This document shows positions 27,228 to 34,759 of a stretch of 38,696 nucleotides of DNA, piece after piece (the first letter of the stretch is position 1; each line of letters begins with the position of its first letter). Origin of the DNA: a virus. Location: UHGV virus genome UHGV-0180316; one strand, given 5' to 3'. The position numbers and the translations under genes are program-made. The notes beneath the pieces are model-generated. The model was given only the letters and a program-made list of their open reading frames with translations. It was not told the DNA's origin and ran no database searches.

Positions 27228-27380
27228 TCAGAAAAAAGCGCTTGTGATAACCGCTGTCCCTATGCTACCGCAAAAGATCAGCGACAAAAGGGCGATAAAG
27301 ACGTCCCCCAGTGTGGCGTCCTCGATCCACCCTATGAGGCGGTCATGCAGGGCTGCCCTGACAGTCTTATGCTCAGGCAT
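27228..27380 (-). CDS. small membrane protein (50 aa)
   Basis: MPEHKTVRAALHDRLIGWIEDATLGDVFIALLSLIFCGSIGTAVITSAFF; C-terminal TM; its stop overlaps the RBS of the next gene. Confidence 0.3.
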   Translation of the reverse strand: MPEHKTVRAALHDRLIGWIEDATLGDVFIALLSLIFCGSIGTAVITSAFF

Positions 27381-27410
27381 TATCGGCGTCCTTCGCCCAC
27401 GGAACGCGTT

Positions 27411-27656
27411 TTATTTGGTATGCAGATACTTTTCATTTTTCAACTCCTTCACGATTTTCAAAAGATGGGAATTGCAGTGCCGGCACATCTTCCGGCACAG
27501 CGTCTCCCAGCCACGCTCAGCCTCTGTATCATCCCCGTCGACACTCTCAGGGCCCGACATCCCACAGGAGGGGCAGGCGACAGTGCGCCCGCCCCCGTCA
27601 GTATCAGCCAGGTAGACGTCAGGGCACCCGCAGTAGGGGCAGGAGTGCAGAATCAC
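27411..27656 (-). CDS. lar: Lar-family restriction alleviation protein (zinc ribbon)
   Basis: SCPYCGCPDV...VACPSCGMSGP...AERGWETLCRK matches the Lar family CPFCG...C..CG..gP...W pattern. Confidence 0.7.
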   Translation of the reverse strand: MILHSCPYCGCPDVYLADTDGGGRTVACPSCGMSGPESVDGDDTEAERGWETLCRKMCRHCNSHLLKIVKELKNEKYLHTK

Positions 27657-27664
27657 AGCGCGTA

Positions 27665-27979
27665 CTAGTTGTCGGAAAGATCATTACTACCAATCCCGAA
27701 CGGGATCACAACAAAGGCAATACCCAGTATTGTCGTAAGTAATCCAGTGTTGGCAAAAGCAAGAATCCCGAGCCCGGTCAGGACAGAGGCCCCAAACAGT
27801 AATATCTGAAGGATCCCACACGCAGCCAGCGCGACAACACACCAGAGAACCAGACAAAAAACCAAAAAACCAAGAAGAATGTCAAGCATATTAACACCTC
27901 CAATGCCAAGAATTATACAACAGCCAAAAAAAACACAAAGGGAAAAAACAAAGGCCGCCATGCCGAGTGAAAGGATCAT
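27665..27979 (-). CDS. highly hydrophobic multi-TM membrane protein
   Basis: 104 aa, almost entirely hydrophobic (Cys/Leu/Ile/Gly-rich), lower GC than its neighbours. Confidence 0.45.
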   Translation of the reverse strand: MILSLGMAAFVFSLCVFFGCCIILGIGGVNMLDILLGFLVFCLVLWCVVALAACGILQILLFGASVLTGLGILAFANTGLLTTILGIAFVVIPFGIGSNDLSDN

Positions 27980-28833
27980 GACACGTCATCCAGTCTCAGC
28001 ACCCCGGAATCACGCTCACGCTGAAGGGCGTCCCACGTGCGCGGAGACAGCCAGAGGCATTCTTTCGTCTTTTGATTCTTGAATGTATGGTGCGGGCGCG
28101 TCTCCATATGCCATCCGGCCAGCTCATCAGCGTACAGCCTGTTCTCGTATCCAGACAGCACTACATACCCGCTGACCTTTTTGAAGGTGCCAAGCATGGC
28201 CTCCTGATCGACGTTAGCGGAATACCGGAAGTTGTACCTGCAGTTGTATGGGGGATCCAGATACCACAGCGTATCGGGGGAGTCGTAGCGCGGGATAAGC
28301 TCCAGCGCGTCTTTGTGCTCGATGACCACGGAGCGGAAACGCTCCGCGATCTCCCCCATTTTGTCAACGTGGTTAACAAAAGTCCGCGCGTTCCTCCTGA
28401 GATTGGAATTATCCCCCGCAAAGCCCGATCTGCTATCTGATACCGCCATGCGTATGCCGATTCCCATACCCGTCCGGCACACCAGAGCGCGCCCCCTCTC
28501 TATGTCATCACCTTCCGGCATGGGGTAGCAGCTATAGTACTCTTCTCTGGCGTACGGCGTCAGCTTCAGCAGCCGGATAAGCTCCGCGGATTTCTCTTTA
28601 TCGCGCAACACCCTGAAAAAGTTGACTAAATCGCTGTTCAGGTCGTTATACACTTCCAGCTGCGAGGGCTTCTTGTTCAGGAGAACTCCCGCTGCACCCC
28701 CGAAAGGCTCTACGTAGATCCGGTGACGGGGAAAAAAAGAAGTCACCCATGAAGAGATTTTCGCTTTTCCCCCCGGATAGATGAGGGCTGTCAGCTCTTC
28801 TCCTGCCTCCAGTCTCCGCGGCAGAAGCGCCAC
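27976..28833 (-). CDS. dam: Dam-family (D12 class) N6-adenine DNA methyltransferase
   Basis: YPGGK...YVEPFGGAAGV (motif I) ...NDLNSDLVNFF and catalytic DPPY, collinear with E. coli Dam. Confidence 0.85.
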   Translation of the reverse strand: MALLPRRLEAGEELTALIYPGGKAKISSWVTSFFPRHRIYVEPFGGAAGVLLNKKPSQLEVYNDLNSDLVNFFRVLRDKEKSAELIRLLKLTPYAREEYYSCYPMPEGDDIERGRALVCRTGMGIGIRMAVSDSRSGFAGDNSNLRRNARTFVNHVDKMGEIAERFRSVVIEHKDALELIPRYDSPDTLWYLDPPYNCRYNFRYSANVDQEAMLGTFKKVSGYVVLSGYENRLYADELAGWHMETRPHHTFKNQKTKECLWLSPRTWDALQRERDSGVLRLDDVS

Positions 28834-29153
28834 ACGACGCAGAGCAGGTCAAGCGCTTCATCCATGACGCGCGCCTCCCCCTGATTTTTATTCAAAGCCT
28901 GACAGAGCTCCCCGTACTCCTCACCGATGACGCCCACGCCCTGGTAGATACCGTCGGAGAAGGCCGGATGCTTCTTCTCCGCTTCACTGACGCGGGCAGA
29001 GAGCCGCCTATACATCTCCCTATTCCCGATACCCACTACGCCCAGCTTAGGGGGCTCATCCTTCCGGACGCATCCGGCCTTCTCCTCCATATCCCGGGTC
29101 TGCTCCCGTAAAAGCGCTGACTGCCCGTCGATAAGTATATCTTCCATACGCAC
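28791..29153 (-). CDS. MazG-like nucleotide pyrophosphohydrolase
   Basis: GVIGEEYGELCQAL (EExxE metal-binding helix) and downstream DEALDLLCVV helix typical of the all-alpha MazG fold. Confidence 0.5.
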   Translation of the reverse strand: MRMEDILIDGQSALLREQTRDMEEKAGCVRKDEPPKLGVVGIGNREMYRRLSARVSEAEKKHPAFSDGIYQGVGVIGEEYGELCQALNKNQGEARVMDEALDLLCVVWRFCRGDWRQEKS

Positions 29154-29157
29154 CTCC

Positions 29158-29556
29158 CTACATAGTCTTCTGCGGCATGTCGCCGTGGCCGAAGGGGTCC
29201 CCCGTAGAGGGGATATATTCTGCCGCCTTCACTCTCGCTATACGCCCCAGCCCTGCCCCGTAGTCCACCCCGCCGACACGCTCACATCCGGACATCCCGG
29301 ACGCGCACTCAGCCCCGCAGGCCGCGTATCCGGCTATGTCTACCCAGGAATCAGCGTGGCGCGGGTTCCCCTTCACGCGTGCGAGCTTCAGGAGAACCAT
29401 CATGGCGGCCACATCAGCGGTAGATATGTCGCACCCTGTATAGCGGCTCCACAGGGCCGCTATAAGGCCGAAGCAGTCTTCGGGATGCCCGTACTCACGG
29501 GCCCTGTCTGTCAGTACGGCCTTAGCGGCCGCGTCGAGGCATTCTTTCCTGGTCAT
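29158..29556 (-). CDS. conserved phage protein (DUF6378-like)
   Basis: REYGHPEDCFGLIAALWSRYTG...DVAAMMVLLKLARVKGNPRHADSWVDIAGYAACGAE matches a conserved phage domain pattern. Confidence 0.45.
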   Translation of the reverse strand: MTRKECLDAAAKAVLTDRAREYGHPEDCFGLIAALWSRYTGCDISTADVAAMMVLLKLARVKGNPRHADSWVDIAGYAACGAECASGMSGCERVGGVDYGAGLGRIARVKAAEYIPSTGDPFGHGDMPQKTM

Positions 29557-29936
29557 ATACTCTCCTTTTGTTTAATTTTTTGCCCGCGGCTCCATGCCGC
29601 ATAAAGACTGACGCCGAGGCGGACGGCCACCTCCTGCCATGGAACGCCCTCCTGTCTCAGGGAGACAAGCAGGGTATCCATCTTCTGCGTCCAGCGGATA
29701 CATCTGACTTTTTTCCGCGGTGCCGGAACAGAAGCGGCACCTTCACTCTGGAGGACTTTCCAGCGAGCTTGCGCTGATTTCCTGGAACGGCCGCACAAGG
29801 TGCCTATCACGCTCCACGAGTAGCCAGCGCCCACCAGCTGAGCCAGAAGGGCGTCCTTACGCGGCGTCCATCCGTAGGTACGGGGCTTATCTGTACTCTT
29901 CGCGCTCATCCCTGTTTCGTCTGTTACTATGTGCAT
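29553..29936 (-). CDS. DNA-binding protein with two tandem GcrA/Myb(SANT)-like HTH repeats
   Basis: WTPRKDALLAQLVGAGYSWSVIGTLCGRSRKSAQARWKVL and WTQKMDTLLVSLRQEGVPWQEVAVRLGVSLYAAWSRGQKI follow the W-T-x3-D-x-L-L...G-x-S...LG-x-S-R pattern. Confidence 0.45.
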   Translation of the reverse strand: MHIVTDETGMSAKSTDKPRTYGWTPRKDALLAQLVGAGYSWSVIGTLCGRSRKSAQARWKVLQSEGAASVPAPRKKVRCIRWTQKMDTLLVSLRQEGVPWQEVAVRLGVSLYAAWSRGQKIKQKESI

Positions 29937-30018
29937 ATACCCTCCAGACGCTCAAAATCGCCCCTCTACGGGCTTCACACACATTTTCCGACTAACTAGA
30001 CAAGGGAACCTAAAAAAC

Positions 30019-30318
30019 TCACTGTGCGGGCCCATACGTCACCGTATCCATATCCGAGGCCTCTCCCGTGGGGGCATATCCGCCAGCACGTCTCAGGCGG
30101 GCCCAGCACCGCGGGCATCTGTAGTCTGTAGTGGGGCGCCCGCAGTCGTGACAGCGGCGTGTGGGCTCCTTTTGGCTTCCGCCGTTGCGTATGGACCTTG
30201 CCCTCATGCAGACGGCCTGTGACCGGCCAAAGAAGCGGGCGATCTGTGCCGTCTCAGCTCCTACAGACATGAGCCACTGGAGCTTCCTGTCCTCTTCCGC
30301 CGTCCATGGCCTACTCAT
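30019..30318 (-). CDS. Myb/GcrA-like HTH protein with C-terminal zinc ribbon
   Basis: RPWTAEEDRKLQWLMSVGAETAQIARFFGRSQAVCMRA plus CHDCGRPTTDYRCPRC. Confidence 0.45.
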   Translation of the reverse strand: MSRPWTAEEDRKLQWLMSVGAETAQIARFFGRSQAVCMRARSIRNGGSQKEPTRRCHDCGRPTTDYRCPRCWARLRRAGGYAPTGEASDMDTVTYGPAQ

Positions 30319-30706
30319 AGCGATCCTCCCGTGCCAGGTACTGCTCTATACAGTCTCTGGCTTCCTGCCATCCACGACATACAGCCACCTCGTAGCCCTG
30401 CATCCTCAGGGCCTGCATGACAGCCTTCTGTGCGGGAGATACCCGCCCGCCCTTCTGCCGCTTCATCTCGATGTAGAGGCCGTGCTTCCCGCCTGACGGG
30501 CAGGGGAGAAAGATGTCCGGCACACCTGCCAGCACGCCCTCATCACGAAGCCGTGCGCCGGTGATAGAGCTTCTGGCACCGCCATTAGGGATCGCATACA
30601 TGAGCATGCCCGCGTGCCGCATCCGGAACCACGTGAAGAGAGTCACCTGTTCCTCGTGCTCTGTGGGGGTGGGAGTCTTTCCGGCCCTAGTACTTCCACG
30701 ACTCAT
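30311..30706 (-). CDS. VRR-NUC domain nuclease
   Basis: EHEEQVTLFTWF...AIPNGGARS...GVLAGVPDIFL...GLYIEMKRQKGGRVSPAQK...GYEVAVCRGWQEA. Start chosen at the internal Met with a GGGAGG RBS. Confidence 0.7.
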   Translation of the reverse strand: MSRGSTRAGKTPTPTEHEEQVTLFTWFRMRHAGMLMYAIPNGGARSSITGARLRDEGVLAGVPDIFLPCPSGGKHGLYIEMKRQKGGRVSPAQKAVMQALRMQGYEVAVCRGWQEARDCIEQYLAREDRYE

Positions 30707-31079
30707 CGTAACCGCCTCCCTGCTGTCTCTGTCCCTGCTGTCCGTCGTGGTGGGCGGAGTCGAGGGACTGTACTCTCTGGGCCTGCACGTACCAGGACAC
30801 GGCGTCGCGGCCGTCCTTGGTCTGGTACTTACGTGACAGATACCGGCCCTGCACAAGGACCTGACTTCCCTTGTGCAGATACTTCAGCACAAAGTCCGCC
30901 GTCTTTCCGCCGCACGTCACACTGTGCCAGGTGGTACGCTCCACCTTCTGGCCGGACTGGTCACGGTAGCCGTCGTCCGTGGCCACGGAGAGACGGGCGA
31001 AGCTGCTCTGTCCGGCGTGCACCTCCTCGGGGTCACGGCCGAGAAGGCCGATGAGGGTGACGTTGTTAAGCGACGCCAT
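30687..31079 (-). CDS. ssb: single-stranded DNA-binding protein
   Basis: MASLNNVTLIGLLGRDPE OB-fold N-terminus; W and aromatic ssDNA-contact residues; Gly/Gln-rich acidic tail. Confidence 0.8.
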   Translation of the reverse strand: MASLNNVTLIGLLGRDPEEVHAGQSSFARLSVATDDGYRDQSGQKVERTTWHSVTCGGKTADFVLKYLHKGSQVLVQGRYLSRKYQTKDGRDAVSWYVQAQRVQSLDSAHHDGQQGQRQQGGGYDESWKY

Positions 31080-31860
31080 GGCTTGCCTCCAGTCTCATAT
31101 CCTTGCCAGCAAGGACGAGAAGCTGCCCTCCGCCTTCTGCGAGGCGCGAGAAGAGAGAGAGACCAAGCAACTCGCGGAAATGGGTCTTGTCCAGGTTCGA
31201 TATGAGAATCGTAGGCTTCATGTTCTCGTAGCGTCTGTCAATGACGTCGAAAAACATGAAGCGCTCCGCCGGCGTCCCGTACTGCCTCCCCACCTCGTCA
31301 ATCACGAGCAGGGCCGGCTTCACGAAATCGGCCATGGCCTGCCGTTCGCTCACAGTCCGCGACATGTACGTCTCCTTGATGCGGCGGAAGATGTCCGCCT
31401 CCCTGACGTACACGGCGGGGAAACCCCGGCTGATGACGGATCGCACCATCGCGGCGGCGAGGTGCGTTTTCCCTGTACCGGGGCGGCCGAGGATGCAGAG
31501 GCTCCGGCCGGTTTTCATCGTGTCTTCCCATCCGGTCACGGCGTAGCTCATGCATGCGCGGAGGGCCATTTTCTGGTCGTCCTCGTCTGTGCGGAAATTC
31601 TCAAAGCTCCGGTTCGCGAATCTCGGCGGGATACAGGCCTGACCCATGAGCTGCTCAATGCGCCATGCAGCAATCTCGGCGCGGGCGTTGGCTTCTTCGT
31701 GGAGATTTTTCTCGAGCTGAAGCTCTTTCTCACACTCGGGGCACCGGCTCCAGATGTCTTTATGCTGGCAGGGGAGGAGGTACGATATGTACTCTCCGTG
31801 CCTCTGACACATAGCCGGACGCATATCCTTTGCCCGGAAAAGGGCTTCCATTTTACGCAT
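31066..31860 (-). CDS. DnaC/IstB-like AAA+ helicase loader (replication protein)
   Basis: Walker A GRPGTGKTHLAAAM; Walker B LLVIDEVG; N-terminal Cys-rich zinc module. Confidence 0.8.
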   Translation of the reverse strand: MRKMEALFRAKDMRPAMCQRHGEYISYLLPCQHKDIWSRCPECEKELQLEKNLHEEANARAEIAAWRIEQLMGQACIPPRFANRSFENFRTDEDDQKMALRACMSYAVTGWEDTMKTGRSLCILGRPGTGKTHLAAAMVRSVISRGFPAVYVREADIFRRIKETYMSRTVSERQAMADFVKPALLVIDEVGRQYGTPAERFMFFDVIDRRYENMKPTILISNLDKTHFRELLGLSLFSRLAEGGGQLLVLAGKDMRLEASHGVA

Positions 31861-32890
31861 TTGCTTTCTCCTTCAACGAGTCAAAAATCGAACCAAAGTC
31901 CGAAGACGTGTAATCCTGGTCATGCTCGTCCACGTAGGGAGTGGACCCGTTCTCATCGGGGGCGTAGCTCTTGGCCGGTGCCTTCTCCGGCACGTCGTCC
32001 CATCTACGGTCCCTGAGCCAGTTGGCCATCATGGGGACGTAGCCGCGCTTCCATCGTCGGTCCTCGGCCTTGAATCGCTCGATGATGTCAGCAAGGGCGT
32101 AGGACTCTGGCACGAGGTGCCTTGCCTTGAGGTAGGCGTACTCTCTCCACGCCTTCTCTTTCCCCTGTTGTACGGGCCATAGGCTGAAGACGTAGCAGAA
32201 CTCCTTCCACGCAGGGTTGCCGTGAGAGGTATCCACCTGTGGAGCCGTGGTCGTATCAGGGGCCTGCGGTGTATCCTCGGCTGGGGGCTCTGGCTTAGGC
32301 TTGGGCTCTGGGTCAGGCCTAGGTGTCTCTCTTGCCTCCATGGGAGAAGATGTCTGCGCTGGTGTACTCACACCCACACCCTGCTCCCCCTGGGGGGTAA
32401 GGGGGGTGTATTTTATATTATTATCTTCTCTATTCTTCTCTTCTCTTCTCTTATATGGCGTTTCATCCGTTTCATGTAACGTTTCATCCGTTTCATGTAA
32501 CGTTTCATCGGATTTGGACGACCGCTTGGCCCTGTACCGGCGTACACGCTCCGTAGATGTGCTCGGCTTCCCCACATCCCCGGATTCCGGAGATTGGCGT
32601 TTGGCCCAGGCCTCGAGGCGATTGTCGGGGGAGATAAGCCCCCGCGCTTTCATCGCCTGAAAGATGCTATCCGTCGTCCCGTCTTCGTACCCATAGAGAA
32701 CGTCTATATCTTCGGGGCTGAAGTCGTCGACGGATCCCCGGTCATCACTCATGGACGCGCACTCCAGGAGCGCCATCCATACTGACACAACGGCCCCGAC
32801 AGACTGTTTTGAGTCCCGGGCAATGCGTGGCCATTTCGTATCATTAATCGTCCCATTGTAGACACGGAACCAGCTATACGCCATCGTCAT
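31853..32890 (-). CDS. replication initiator / replisome organizer with internal origin
   Basis: N-terminal replisome-organizer-like domain (WFRVYNGTINDTKWPRIARD...FSPEDIDVLYGY...). Internal DETLHET repeats are encoded by DNA iterons. C-terminus couples to the helicase loader. Confidence 0.7.
   Translation of the reverse strand: MTMAYSWFRVYNGTINDTKWPRIARDSKQSVGAVVSVWMALLECASMSDDRGSVDDFSPEDIDVLYGYEDGTTDSIFQAMKARGLISPDNRLEAWAKRQSPESGDVGKPSTSTERVRRYRAKRSSKSDETLHETDETLHETDETPYKRREEKNREDNNIKYTPLTPQGEQGVGVSTPAQTSSPMEARETPRPDPEPKPKPEPPAEDTPQAPDTTTAPQVDTSHGNPAWKEFCYVFSLWPVQQGKEKAWREYAYLKARHLVPESYALADIIERFKAEDRRWKRGYVPMMANWLRDRRWDDVPEKAPAKSYAPDENGSTPYVDEHDQDYTSSDFGSIFDSLKEKANA
32386..32515. repeat. 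origin of replication: five GTTTCAT iterons (21-bp unit x2.5) next to a pyrimidine/AT-rich tract and a G/C palindrome, inside the initiator gene
   Basis: GTTTCAT at 32460, 32469, 32481, 32490 and 32502 (spacing 9/12/9/12). TATTTTATATTATTATCTTCTCTATTCTTCTCTTCTCTTCTCTT tract at 32411-32456. CCCCCTGGGGGGTAAGGGGGG at 32386-32408. Confidence 0.55.
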
Positions 32891-32892
32891 GA

Positions 32893-33189
32893 CTATATCT
32901 CCACGAATTCGTCCCAGTCGACGATCCCGCCGTTTTTTGAGATCAAGCCGTCGTGGGTAAAGGCTTCCAGAATTTTGGCTGTTGTCCCCTTCTTGAAGCC
33001 GCCGAAGAAATCCACGTCTTCCGGGTCGAAACCCTCAATGCTTCCCCCGTCATCACACTGGGAAGCGCTCGACAGAACCGCCACGTAGACAAAACTCACG
33101 ACGGCCGGAGACACCCCCAGCTTGCGGGCCATGCGCTGCCACTTGATGCTCATGACGGTTGAGTCCGCCAGCTTGAACCACCGCTTCAT
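32893..33189 (-). CDS. standalone paralog of the replisome-organizer N-terminal domain
   Basis: W..L...KW.RMARKLGVSPAVVSFVYVAVLSSASQCDDGGSIEGFDPEDVDFFGGFKKGTT..ILEAF...GLI aligns with the N-terminus of the 345-aa initiator. Confidence 0.55.
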   Translation of the reverse strand: MKRWFKLADSTVMSIKWQRMARKLGVSPAVVSFVYVAVLSSASQCDDGGSIEGFDPEDVDFFGGFKKGTTAKILEAFTHDGLISKNGGIVDWDEFVEI

Positions 33190-33692
33190 TGCAACCTCCC
33201 TCTATCCACATATTGCGAGAAATCCTCATCTGGGAACATCTTCCCGAGGGCCTCCGCAGCTCCGTCAGTGAGACGGGGCATTGCGTCTTCGCCATTCACA
33301 GCAGCCATTGCCGTGACGACAAGGCCGCGCTCGTAGATGGAGAGCGGTGCAAGACACTCCCAGACGTCGACTATCACGTAGTTATCGTCCATCGCCTTCC
33401 TCCTCCCGGAGCCTTCTGCGCTCCGGTCTCTTCTTCTCAGTGTGCTTCTTGAAAAAACGGAAATGGGTCCGCTTCTCCTGCCTCTTCTCTTAGCCGTGCG
33501 CTTGTGTGTACTCGGCCTGCGCCTGAAGGCGGTGACGATTCTGCCGCCTAAGCCCACGACCACACGGACGCTGCCCCGGCGGTACATGATGGCATCACGC
33601 TCGACACGGAACACCTCACCCTCCTCTACCGTGAGGATGACCGTCTCCGGCGTAATGCCCCGCTCAAGGCAGCGCTTCACCGTAGTAGTCAC
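33186..33692 (-). CDS. DUF4258-like (RelE-fold) domain protein with basic linker and C-terminal extension, at the cII position
   Basis: KRCLERGITPETVILTVEEGEV...RVVVGLGGRIVTAFRRRP resembles DUF4258 (RHAxERMxERGIS...VVVxxxxxxIVITAY). Probable GTG start overlapping the cro stop (GTGA). Confidence 0.35.
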   Translation of the reverse strand: MTTTVKRCLERGITPETVILTVEEGEVFRVERDAIMYRRGSVRVVVGLGGRIVTAFRRRPSTHKRTAKRRGRRSGPISVFSRSTLRRRDRSAEGSGRRKAMDDNYVIVDVWECLAPLSIYERGLVVTAMAAVNGEDAMPRLTDGAAEALGKMFPDEDFSQYVDRGRLQ

Positions 33693-33955
33693 TGGGCATC
33701 GAAAGCCTCCAGAGGCTGCGGTGGCTGCTTGTTCTCTGCAGGAGTGCAGCTCCCTGCCGTCCATAGATCCGGACGCAGTTCATGAAGCGGGATGCCGCAC
33801 GCCCGGGCGTATTTGACGGCTGACTCAGCCGATATGGCTCGTATTCCGTGACAGTGCGCATAAGAGACGCTTCTCGCGCTGAGGCCTGCCTGTGTAGCCA
33901 GCTGGTCATACGTCAGACCGTGCGCGATGCGGTATTTTTCCAAGACATTCATCAT
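33689..33955 (-). CDS. cro: Cro-like HTH (XRE family) regulator
   Basis: Start at MMNVLEKY (internal Met; the longer ORF would run through the divergent promoter and the cI start). HTH LTYDQLATQAGLSARSVSYAHCHG. Divergent from cI. Confidence 0.6.
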   Translation of the reverse strand: MMNVLEKYRIAHGLTYDQLATQAGLSARSVSYAHCHGIRAISAESAVKYARACGIPLHELRPDLWTAGSCTPAENKQPPQPLEAFDAQ

Positions 33956-34060
33956 GCCCAAATTGTTATCATGAGATATCATACAAGGCAATAAATTGTT
34001 CGCTGTTTTTTGCCGATAACGCAATAAAGAGCTAGCCAAGGTAATGGAGGAAAAAACGGC
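33956..34060. promoter_or_regulatory. divergent cro/cI promoter-operator region (OR)
   Basis: AT-rich intergenic region. 26-bp motif TTGTTATCATGAGATATCATACAAGG (33963-33988) is also present at the OL position. Inverted GATAAC half-site at 34012-34024. GGAGG RBS for cI. Confidence 0.5.
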
Positions 34061-34756
34061 ATGGATAAATGGAAAAAAATGGCGAACGACGCGTGGGAAG
34101 TGATCATTAAGGACGTCCGCGCCCTGTGGAACGGTGGAAAGGGATTCACCCAAGACGCCATCGCCAAGAAGCTGGGATTGAGCCAGCGCGGCGTGGTCAA
34201 TATGTGGCTTTCAGGGCAGCGCAAGGCGACAAACGCGTCTCTGCCTGCTCTTTTCCGGTACCTAGAGGCCCTTGGGCACGACCCTCTGGACTTTTTCCCG
34301 GGCAAGCAGCCGATGATGCACCGCCCGACTCCGCAGGCTCCGATGGAAGAAGTGAAAGGCAAAAATCTCCAGTCAGTTCCCCTCATGGGTGAGACTGGAG
34401 CCGGAGCGCCGCAGGAGCTATTTACGGGTTCCAGTGACAGCCTGATTCAGATTTTGCCCCAGTATTACAGGGCGGACATGATCGCCCTGTATGTCAGAGG
34501 CGACAGTATGGAGCCGACGATCAAAAACGGGGCAATCGTTGGCATTGCCTCCTTAACAGAAGATATTACAGAAGGCGGGATCTATTTGGTTTCCGTTCCA
34601 TGCTTTGGCCGCGTCGTGAAACGCCTGAAACTTTCCGAAGACGGGAAACTGCTCTTATGCTCAGACAACCCTAAGTACAAACCATACCCTGTTGATCCGG
34701 CAGAGCAGGAGAGGACAGTTCTCGGCCAGGTAGTCTGGGTACTGCAGATGGTGTAA
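34061..34756 (+). CDS. cI: CI-type repressor, LexA/S24 peptidase family
   Basis: N-terminal HTH (FTQDAIAKKLGLSQRGVVNMW). C-terminal S24 catalytic dyad GDSMEPT (Ser) and VKRL (Lys). Confidence 0.85.
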   Translation: MDKWKKMANDAWEVIIKDVRALWNGGKGFTQDAIAKKLGLSQRGVVNMWLSGQRKATNASLPALFRYLEALGHDPLDFFPGKQPMMHRPTPQAPMEEVKGKNLQSVPLMGETGAGAPQELFTGSSDSLIQILPQYYRADMIALYVRGDSMEPTIKNGAIVGIASLTEDITEGGIYLVSVPCFGRVVKRLKLSEDGKLLLCSDNPKYKPYPVDPAEQERTVLGQVVWVLQMV

Positions 34757-34759
34757 AGT

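Noticed and set aside
33186-33764. 192-aa ORF starting at ATG 33764
   Set aside because: It would overlap 75 nt of the cro gene in another frame. A GTG at 33692 or 33680 directly after the cro stop gives a coupled, non-overlapping gene.
33956-34153. Cro ORF extended to 34153 (154 aa)
   Set aside because: The extension would run through the divergent promoter/operator region and past the cI start. The HTH domain begins at the internal MMNV start (33955), giving a normal 88-aa Cro.
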